Origin: a virus
Reading direction: 5' to 3' (one strand)
DNA length: 11,380 bases
Virus record (IMG/VR): IMGVR_UViG_3300032163_000001
Coordinates: 174,249 to 185,628 of that record
Shown piece after piece: positions 5,618-11,380 of the stretch; position 1 is the stretch's first letter, and the number at the start of each line of letters is the position of its first letter. The position numbers and the translations under genes were made by a program. The notes beneath the pieces are model-generated. The model was not told where the DNA came from and did no database searches. It saw only the letters and a list, made by a program, of their open reading frames with translations.

Positions 5618-6643
5618 CTATGACATCCACAACTTAAAGTTTAAGTTACTTATTTGTCCAAGAGAAATATTACTCATATTATTTACTAACTCTTTTCTTA
5701 ACTCTTCATTTCTATTTAGTCCTTCTATTACTTTGCTTTCGACTTCATTGTCGTTAAAATTCACTACACCTTTTTCTTTATAGAAACTCAATAATCTAGT
5801 TTTATTTCTAATCAACAAAGGTGTTCCAGACATTAAAACTTCTGTAACTACTCTTGGAGACCCATCGTATTCATTACTTGTCACAATTGCTAATCTACTC
5901 TTATTTAGAAAAGTATTAATTTCAGGTCTGTTCAAATGTCCTAAAAATTTGATATTAGAAACTCCAAATTTTTTACAAAGATCAATACCTTTTTCTGGTT
6001 CATTTCCCATATGTATGATACTTATTTTTTGTAGTTCTTTGGACTTAGAAACTTCACTTATAAAGTATTCTTGTCCTTTAAAGTTAATTTCACTAAAATT
6101 ACATATCCAACATAAATCATAGTTTTTAACTTGTTTCTTAAATGGATAAAAAATTTTGTCATTCGCTGTCTTAAAGAATGGATATGTTAAAGAATGTTTT
6201 AAATCTTCATCTGACTCAACAAGTATTTTTCTATATCTTCCTCCGTATTGTGGAAATACTCTTCTACCAGCACCTAAGTACAAACTATTACCAAAGAATG
6301 CATGTTGTCGTTTCGTGATCATACAATATTCTTGAAAACCACCTCTAAAGAAAGATATTGTTGGTTTAGGAAACTTATAGATATCATAAAAACTATTAAC
6401 AAACTTTTGAGTAAATGTTTTTCCTCTAATAGTAAAAACAATATCTTTAATATCTACTTTAGGTTTTAGCCTTAAAACAACTACTTCATCTACATAGTTA
6501 TTTTCTAAGTAACACAAACACATCAGAAGATAGAAATCATGACAATTAGTTTTGAATTGTTCTAAGTTTGTAAAACTATGATAGTATTCCAGAATTCTCA
6601 AATTAGTCCTAAATAACCACAGAATCTTTTTTTCCATATTCAA
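5618..6643 (-). CDS. GT-B fold glycosyltransferase (GT4/GT1-like), ~340 aa; start either TTG at 6643 or ATG at 6637
   Basis: C-terminal domain KFLGHLNRPEINTFLNKSRLAIVTSNEYDGSPRVVTEVLMSGTPLLI matches the GT4 nucleotide-sugar binding region (f.G....l..ly..a...v.pS..EgfG...lEAma.G.Pvi). Very AT-rich. Sits on the strand opposite to both flanking blocks. Confidence 0.55.
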   Translation of the reverse strand: MNMEKKILWLFRTNLRILEYYHSFTNLEQFKTNCHDFYLLMCLCYLENNYVDEVVVLRLKPKVDIKDIVFTIRGKTFTQKFVNSFYDIYKFPKPTISFFRGGFQEYCMITKRQHAFFGNSLYLGAGRRVFPQYGGRYRKILVESDEDLKHSLTYPFFKTANDKIFYPFKKQVKNYDLCWICNFSEINFKGQEYFISEVSKSKELQKISIIHMGNEPEKGIDLCKKFGVSNIKFLGHLNRPEINTFLNKSRLAIVTSNEYDGSPRVVTEVLMSGTPLLIRNKTRLLSFYKEKGVVNFNDNEVESKVIEGLNRNEELRKELVNNMSNISLGQISNLNFKLWMS

Positions 6644-6657
6644 TAATACTCCTATTC

Positions 6658-6678
6658 TGTATATATATTAATTCTTAA
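6658..6678 (+). promoter_or_regulatory. Degenerate copy of the promoter-like motif (TGTATATATATTAATTCTTAA)
   Basis: TATATATATTAATT core with a CT insertion. TTCAAT lies 17 nt upstream of the TATATA. Followed by AGAGGAGG and the 6695 ATG. Confidence 0.4.
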
Positions 6679-6694
6679 GAGGAGGTAAAAAATT

Positions 6695-6979
6695 ATGGGA
6701 GATCGATATTTCTTAACAGTTGTTTGTCCTGATTGTGGTGAAGTTGAAGAGGAGGTCTATTACGCTCCAACATGTGGCTTCAAAACACACAAATGTCACG
6801 TATGTCACGAAATAATTGACCTTGAAAAGTATTCTGGAATCTCTGAAGAAGATGCTTCAAATAGAGCTCTATTTGAAGAAGTAGCCAAAAATCCAGACTT
6901 GGCTAAACAGATGGACGAAAGTCCAGAATTGATGATGCAAATGATTGACCAATTCAAAAACAAGGAGGTGAACCAATGA
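6695..6979 (+). CDS. Zinc-ribbon protein, 94 aa (CPDCG ... CGFKTHKCHVCH), acidic C-terminus
   Basis: AAGAGGAGG SD. Two CxxC/CxxC(H) pairs about 20 aa apart. Followed by a terminator. Confidence 0.5.
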   Translation: MGDRYFLTVVCPDCGEVEEEVYYAPTCGFKTHKCHVCHEIIDLEKYSGISEEDASNRALFEEVAKNPDLAKQMDESPELMMQMIDQFKNKEVNQ

Positions 6980-6982
6980 TAT

Positions 6983-7009
6983 ATTCCCTCTTCGGAGGGA
7001 ATTTTTTTG
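6983..7009 (+). terminator. Rho-independent terminator with UUCG tetraloop
   Basis: ATTCCCTC-ttcg-GAGGGAAT, an 8-bp perfect stem, then a T7 run. Confidence 0.75.
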
Positions 7010-7010
7010 C

Positions 7011-7709
7011 CTAAGTAGTTGTTATTATTGCGTCTTCTCTTTGAAAAGAACGAAGTTTATGAGGAGCGATTTTCATACACCGAAGACCAATTGTTGATAG
7101 ACTATGTAGAGCTATATATCCACCCCTCCATTTCATAGGAGATAAATCTAAATTTGGCCTAGTTCTTTCTCCTCTAGTAACAAGATCAATATCATAGTCT
7201 TTTGCTAAAGGACTTTTCTGCAGATAATTTCGTAATAATATTTTGGTCCGATCTATATACATATCATTTTTAAAGTTACACATAATATGAAAAGAACTTT
7301 TTCCTGTAAATTTTATCCAAGCATTATCTATAAAGGGAATTCTAGAGTTTGCAAATTCATATGTATCGATAGCAGCTTGCTTAGCTTCTTTAAAGTTATC
7401 TGTATCAATATCTATAATTCCAAATCTCTCTATACTTTTCATAGTACAATGAATTGAAAGCATACGAGCATGAAAAACATCATCAAAATTTCCACGATTC
7501 AATCTTACAAAATGAGTTGTTTTTCCTCTTCTTAAAACTGTAATTCTATCACCAATAGCTAAAAAGATTATAAGGTCTCTATTAAAAATTTCAAATAGAA
7601 GCTTGTCTTTAACAGACTGATAGTAATCATAATTATTTTTCTCAGTAAGACCTTTTGGATAGAATTCATTGGTTATAAGAATACTATCTGGATGTTTGGG
7701 GTATGGCAT
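7011..7709 (-). CDS. LigD-type primase-polymerase domain protein (PolDom, archaeo-eukaryotic primase superfamily), 232 aa
   Basis: N-terminal [24 protein letters not shown] parallels the LigD Pol N-terminal consensus [35 protein letters not shown] matches motif I (FDLDP). [14 protein letters not shown] matches motif II (TSGSKGLHVY). [25 protein letters not shown] is motif III-like. Confidence 0.65.
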   Translation of the reverse strand: [232 protein letters not shown]

Positions 7710-7718
7710 ATTTTATCC

Positions 7719-8444
7719 TTATATATTTATAACGTCTCCTTCTTTTAGTATGCGTATTTCTTTGAAATGATATTCACTTTCATTTACATGGAATAAGTAA
7801 TCATTTATTTGTTTGTGACTCATGCGAATATGTCCAATGTGTGTAAAATACACACGGTTGACTTTACCTTTAACCCATTCTAGTTGGTGCAACATAGAAG
7901 CGTGTCCAATTCCAACTCTGTAAGAAATATCTTTTTTTAGGGCAGAGCCGTCACCCACATAAACTTCGACTCCTTCAAGAACTTTATTCTTACTTAACAG
8001 TTCTTTTGTATCCGGAGAATATAAAAGTTTTCCGATCCTAATAGCAGATGCAGGTGCAATACTGCTATGAAGAACAGGAAATAAAGTTACAGGGTATCCT
8101 GAAACATCTACGGTGTCTCCATAGTCTAAAACATTAACTTTTTTATCTTCAGGAATTATATGGTGTCTCACTAAAAAGTTATATGTAATATGAGACATAT
8201 AAAGTTCTTTATCAAGATGATATTTTACAGACCATGAGTGGTCAGGGTGAGAATGTGTAATTATAATCTTATTTACTTCACCAGGAATAACTTTAAAATC
8301 CTCTCCACAATCCAACATTATATCTTTTATAAGAAGAGATGCATTTCTTCTCTTTGTAAATATTGGATCTTTACAAGAGGCACAACCACACCCTTCTCTT
8401 GGAAAGTGAATTGAACAGCATGACCCCACTACAATTGCTTTCAT
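7719..8444 (-). CDS. PhnP-like metallo-beta-lactamase fold phosphodiesterase (cyclic phosphodiesterase-like), 241 aa
   Basis: IITHSHPDHSWS is the MBL HxHxDH motif. N-terminal GSCCSIHFPREGCGCASC mirrors the PhnP GTGGAQGVPAWGCECAAC region, including the CxCxxC structural Zn site. C-terminal YFTHIGH matches ILTHISH. Start overlaps the ligase stop (ATGA). Confidence 0.65.
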   Translation of the reverse strand: MKAIVVGSCCSIHFPREGCGCASCKDPIFTKRRNASLLIKDIMLDCGEDFKVIPGEVNKIIITHSHPDHSWSVKYHLDKELYMSHITYNFLVRHHIIPEDKKVNVLDYGDTVDVSGYPVTLFPVLHSSIAPASAIRIGKLLYSPDTKELLSKNKVLEGVEVYVGDGSALKKDISYRVGIGHASMLHQLEWVKGKVNRVYFTHIGHIRMSHKQINDYLFHVNESEYHFKEIRILKEGDVINI

Positions 8445-9481
8445 CTTATCTCCGCTCCCGTACCCAGTTGATCTAATCTTATATCTACGTCATTTACCGA
8501 CTTATCTGGACGTTCTCGAACGAAACTAGGCATGTCCAATGAAATTGTAAGTTTACTTCCCAGTGATACATATTTACTCCTAGTAAATTTATAAGCAGGT
8601 GCTTGTTTTATTCTCCATCTAAATGCTTTGATTTCTACTACCATTTCAGGTTTTACGAAGAACTCTCCATTAATTTCATCACTAATTATTTTTTTTCCTC
8701 CAACAAAATAATCATATAACTCAGACCTTTTAGCATGAGTAAATCCTGTACCGACATCCGAAGAAGATCTAAAAGTTCCATCAGGCCCAATGAAAGCTAG
8801 TTTAAGATAGCTTATTTGTTTTCTTGGCCAACTTTTCATCTTCGTACTTCCAATACCATATACAATCATATCCCAACTGGTGGTAGTTTTAATCTTATAA
8901 TTATCTCTACCATCGTCTAGTCTAGCTACTACTCCTTCAATACCCTTCTTTCTTATAGCTTTAGCATAAAGATCTTTAAAGTCATCAACTCCTCCATACA
9001 CATACTTTGGAATATGAATTCTCTTCGTATTTCTAAAATGACTTGTTATTTCTTCTATAGACTCTTTATAAGAAGTAAATCTTTTTGAATTGATAGAAAA
9101 GATGTCATAAATATAGTGTTGTACTAAAGGTTTATTTTCCACTAAACGAGACATCTTTACAACACTCATTAAATCTGGAAATGGAAGAATCAGGTTATTT
9201 CTAACCGCTACTAATTCTCCTATTAACACTATTTCTTTAATAGTTCTATTTCTACTAAGAATATCAGAGTACTCTTCAAGAACAGGAAGATCAATTATTT
9301 TGATATTATTTATTGTTACAAAGTATGTGTACCCTTTAACAAAAATAAGAGCGCCTAACATACCATCAATTTTTTCAATAAAATAAGAATCAGGAACTTT
9401 CTGAAATTTAGAGATAAATTCATTGTATTCTAGTTGCTTAAAGTTTACGTATTTTTTCCACTCTGCTGCAAAATTCATCAT
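8441..9481 (-). CDS. ATP-dependent DNA ligase (LigD ligase-domain-like), 346 aa
   Basis: Nucleotidyltransferase motifs: I EKIDGM (KxDG), III LIGELV, IIIa YIYDIF, IV EGVVAR, V YKIKTTTSWD, VI FVRERPDK. Confidence 0.7.
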   Translation of the reverse strand: MMNFAAEWKKYVNFKQLEYNEFISKFQKVPDSYFIEKIDGMLGALIFVKGYTYFVTINNIKIIDLPVLEEYSDILSRNRTIKEIVLIGELVAVRNNLILPFPDLMSVVKMSRLVENKPLVQHYIYDIFSINSKRFTSYKESIEEITSHFRNTKRIHIPKYVYGGVDDFKDLYAKAIRKKGIEGVVARLDDGRDNYKIKTTTSWDMIVYGIGSTKMKSWPRKQISYLKLAFIGPDGTFRSSSDVGTGFTHAKRSELYDYFVGGKKIISDEINGEFFVKPEMVVEIKAFRWRIKQAPAYKFTRSKYVSLGSKLTISLDMPSFVRERPDKSVNDVDIRLDQLGTGAEIR

Positions 9482-9499
9482 TAACTGTCTCCAAATAAT

Positions 9500-9817
9500 T
9501 TATTGTACATTATCTTGGAATAAATCTAACGTTCTAGCAGTAATAGCTTTACACCTATCTCCTTCTTTTCCATCCTTGTCTACACTTGAAATAGAATAAG
9601 AATATACAGAACCAGGTTTAACATTAGTATCTGTAGTTATAATATGAGGAGTAGATTGTAAAAACTTACCATCTTTATATATTTTATATTCTTTTGCTCC
9701 ATCTACAAAATCCCACCTAAGGTCAACTTGATTAGGAGTTACTGCAACAACTATTAATCCAGAAGGTGAAAGAATAACGTTTTGTGATCCCTTATCAAAA
9801 TAGTTTTTTGTCTTCAC
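9500..9817 (-). CDS. Fibronectin type III (FN3) domain protein, 105 aa, GTG start
   Basis: PSGLIVVAVTPNQVDLRWDFVDGAKEYKIYKDG...PGSVYSYSISSVD fits the FN3 beta-sandwich pattern (P..L.v...t..sv.L.W......Y.vy.....PGt.Y.y.v.a.d). AAAGGAG 6 nt before the GTG. First gene of the ligase operon. Confidence 0.5.
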   Translation of the reverse strand: MKTKNYFDKGSQNVILSPSGLIVVAVTPNQVDLRWDFVDGAKEYKIYKDGKFLQSTPHIITTDTNVKPGSVYSYSISSVDKDGKEGDRCKAITARTLDLFQDNVQ

Positions 9818-9881
9818 TATTTGCTCCTTTTTAACTGTATAAGTTACTTTATATTTTGTTCTAACTAAACCAAGTAAACTA

Positions 9882-9896
9882 CATATATTAATACAT
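9882..9896 (+). promoter_or_regulatory. Degenerate promoter-like motif (CATATATTAATACAT) upstream of the 9916 gene
   Basis: TATATTAAT core shared with the 17-mer family. Followed directly by GAGGAGGAGGTGA and an ATG. Sits in the region divergent from the ligase operon. Confidence 0.35.
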
Positions 9897-9915
9897 GAGG
9901 AGGAGGTGAATTCAA

Positions 9916-10203
9916 ATGATACTTTTAAAAGTGTTACTAGGAATATTGTTAGGAATATGTGGCCTTATATGCTTAGCTATATTTTTCGTATTCACATTCG
10001 CAACTCTACCATCACTTTGGGTGAATACAATCATATATGGGGCACTTACTCTCTGTGGCATGCTCATCTATTTCCTACCATCAGTAGTAGCTATCGCTAG
10101 ATACAAAAAGAACACTCTAGCTATTTTCGCAGCGAACCTTTTAGTCGGATGGACATTCATAGGTTGGGTCATTTGCTTCATATGGGCACTTACAAAGGAC
10201 TGA
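9916..10203 (+). CDS. Superinfection immunity (Imm, PF14373-like) membrane protein, 95 aa
   Basis: YFLPSVVAIARYKKNTLAIFAANLLVGWTFIGWVICFIWAL matches the Imm-family signature YFLPsiiA.(R).(H/K)(K)N...IF.lNLLlGWT.IGW..AliWA. Two or three TM helices. Strong SD. Confidence 0.6.
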   Translation: MILLKVLLGILLGICGLICLAIFFVFTFATLPSLWVNTIIYGALTLCGMLIYFLPSVVAIARYKKNTLAIFAANLLVGWTFIGWVICFIWALTKD

Positions 10204-10213
10204 GGGAGGTATT

Positions 10214-10423
10214 ATGCTAAAACGCGTTTGGAACTATTTAAAGTGGATCTGGAACGGGAAACCTACTATAAGATATTCTGGATACCATTGCGGGTGTTGT
10301 GGAGAATACTGGGACATCACCTTTCAAATTCCCACTTACAAAAGTGCAGGCGAATGGTGGGATACTTGGGATTTATGTCCAGAAGGAAAAGGATGCAATA
10401 AACAACAAAAAAAAGGAGAGTAA
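10214..10423 (+). CDS. Hypothetical Cys/Trp-rich small protein, 69 aa (HCGCCGEYWD...CPEGKGC)
   Basis: GGGAGG SD. Its 3' end contains one copy of the ~45-bp direct repeat. Confidence 0.45.
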   Translation: MLKRVWNYLKWIWNGKPTIRYSGYHCGCCGEYWDITFQIPTYKSAGEWWDTWDLCPEGKGCNKQQKKGE

Positions 10424-10425
10424 AT

Positions 10426-10614
10426 ATGAAAAAACTAATTTTGATAGCTATGTTGTTAGGATTAGGGTTGTTGTCTTGTACACATTCACCCAGTCGTCGT
10501 CCTGTCTTTACTGGCTTCACTGCAGATGTAAATGAGCAGGAGATTAGGGAAGAGTGTAAGAAGTCTGATAATTATGAACAATGCATGAAATCCAAAGGAA
10601 TACCGACTCGATAG
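10426..10614 (+). CDS. Small lipoprotein, 62 aa (signal peptide with lipobox LLSC)
   Basis: MKKLILIAMLLGLGLLSC has a basic N-terminus, a hydrophobic core and L-L-S-C before the Cys. AAAAAGGAGAG SD. Confidence 0.55.
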   Translation: MKKLILIAMLLGLGLLSCTHSPSRRPVFTGFTADVNEQEIREECKKSDNYEQCMKSKGIPTR

Positions 10615-10624
10615 ATAAGCTTAG

Positions 10625-10671
10625 AGGGTTTATGTCCAGAAGGAAAAAGGATGCAATAAACAACAAAAAGA
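10625..10671. repeat. Second copy of the ~45-bp direct repeat (first copy 10368-10413)
   Basis: GGG(A)TTTATGTCCAGAAGGAAAA(A)GGATGCAATAAACAACAAAAA is present twice with a single A indel. The two copies flank the lipoprotein gene. Confidence 0.7.
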
Positions 10672-10683
10672 AAGGGAGGGTAT

Positions 10684-11247
10684 ATGAAAAGAGGTACTTT
10701 AACCATAATTCTTATTCTGATAGTATTAGCAGTATCCTACACTATAACAAGGTGTAGTGAAGCACAAACTCAACTAATTCTCCAATACGGGAGAAGCAAA
10801 GTAGAAGTTCAAATTCCAACCGAATTGTTTGAATCTACAATTAATCAAATGCGAGTTGGAGATATTGGATACTGCGGAGCAAGTTCAATGATTGTTGACG
10901 TTGAGGGTAGAGCTTATCTTTGGGGATTTACAGACCTAGAAAAGGGTATGAGCCTAAACGATGGTTGGTTAAGAATAGAGAGAAAAACTGATGGTTATTA
11001 TGTCTCTCTTAAACTAGGTAAACAAAAATGGGCCAATGGTAAAACTTACTATTGGAAACCCTATACAGTCAAAGTAAATTCTCAACCAGAAGAAATAGTC
11101 GATTTAAAAAAGATGGTTAAATCAGGGTCTATATTCCCAATCAAAAAGGTTTTACTGTATCGAGATAGATTGTTTTATGGATGGTTTAGGAAAGATCAAG
11201 TTGATGAATATGAAGAAAAACTTCCAAAGGAGGTACTACAAAAATGA
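10684..11247 (+). CDS. Secreted or membrane-anchored hypothetical protein, 187 aa (N-terminal signal/anchor LTIILILIVLAVSYTI)
   Basis: AAAGGGAGGG SD. Hydrophobic N-terminus, then a soluble Trp/Tyr-rich domain. No recognised motif. Confidence 0.55.
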   Translation: MKRGTLTIILILIVLAVSYTITRCSEAQTQLILQYGRSKVEVQIPTELFESTINQMRVGDIGYCGASSMIVDVEGRAYLWGFTDLEKGMSLNDGWLRIERKTDGYYVSLKLGKQKWANGKTYYWKPYTVKVNSQPEEIVDLKKMVKSGSIFPIKKVLLYRDRLFYGWFRKDQVDEYEEKLPKEVLQK

Positions 11248-11354
11248 AAGAACACGATGACCTAGATTGTGCAATTGGCATCAAAAACGGTTTGTTGCTA
11301 GTCTTAACTTTGGCAGTAGGGATATTCTTGTTTGTGGCGTTTGTAACTAACTAA
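11244..11354 (+). CDS. Small membrane peptide, 36 aa (MKEHDDLDCAIGIKNGLLLVLTLAVGIFLFVAFVTN)
   Basis: AAGGAGGTACTACAAAA then ATG, overlapping the previous stop (ATGA). C-terminal TM helix. Confidence 0.35.
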   Translation: MKEHDDLDCAIGIKNGLLLVLTLAVGIFLFVAFVTN

Positions 11355-11380
11355 AACAAAATAAGATAAGGGATAAAGTA

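Noticed and set aside
5535-5783. 82-aa plus-strand ORF
   Set aside because: Starts inside the previous gene, passes through the terminator and runs antisense into the glycosyltransferase gene.
9906-10100. 64-aa plus-strand ORF
   Set aside because: Alternative frame of the Imm-like gene. Its start lies within the SD of that gene.
10299-10535. ORFs 10299-10535 (+) and 10317-10520 (-)
   Set aside because: They overlap two SD-led genes (10214-10423 and 10426-10614) in wrong frames or on the other strand.
1-11380. CRISPR arrays, tRNA/rRNA genes, IS elements
   Set aside because: No regularly spaced repeats with unique spacers, no cloverleaf-capable conserved tRNA motifs (GTTC...TTCGAATC context) and no transposase-like ORFs or terminal inverted repeats were seen.

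Overview
AT-rich (~33% GC), gene-dense window that reads as a bacteriophage or prophage segment from a low-GC host. Extended Shine-Dalgarno sequences (AAGGAGGTGA-type, 5-9 nt before starts) recur, which fits a Firmicutes- or Thermotogae-like host. Genes alternate between strands in six blocks. Block 1 (1-2302, minus): QueC (7-cyano-7-deazaguanine synthase), a holin-like 3-TM protein, an SLT-domain lytic transglycosylase with a signal peptide, a tiny TM peptide and a nucleoside 2-deoxyribosyltransferase/DNPH1-like protein. Block 2 (2383-5617, plus): many very small genes, mostly tail-anchored or small membrane proteins. They sit in promoter-gene-terminator micro-units headed by an identical 17-nt motif, CTATATATATTAATTAA (three exact and two degenerate copies), and closed by intrinsic terminators. 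Block 3 (5618-6643, minus): a very AT-rich GT-B glycosyltransferase, moron-like. Block 4 (6695-7009, plus): a zinc-ribbon protein followed by a UUCG-tetraloop terminator. Block 5 (7011-9817, minus): a translationally coupled operon of an FN3-domain protein, an ATP-dependent DNA ligase, a PhnP-like metallo-beta-lactamase phosphodiesterase and a LigD-type primase-polymerase (PolDom). Together these look like a split, phage-encoded LigD-like end-healing and sealing module in which an MBL phosphodiesterase takes the place of the usual PE domain. Block 6 (9916-11354, plus): a superinfection-immunity (Imm)-like membrane protein, a Cys-rich small protein, a lipoprotein, a secreted or anchored 187-aa protein and a TM peptide; a ~45-bp direct repeat flanks the lipoprotein gene. 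No rRNA, tRNA or CRISPR array was recognised. Every functional call rests on motif recognition by eye; none has been checked by search.
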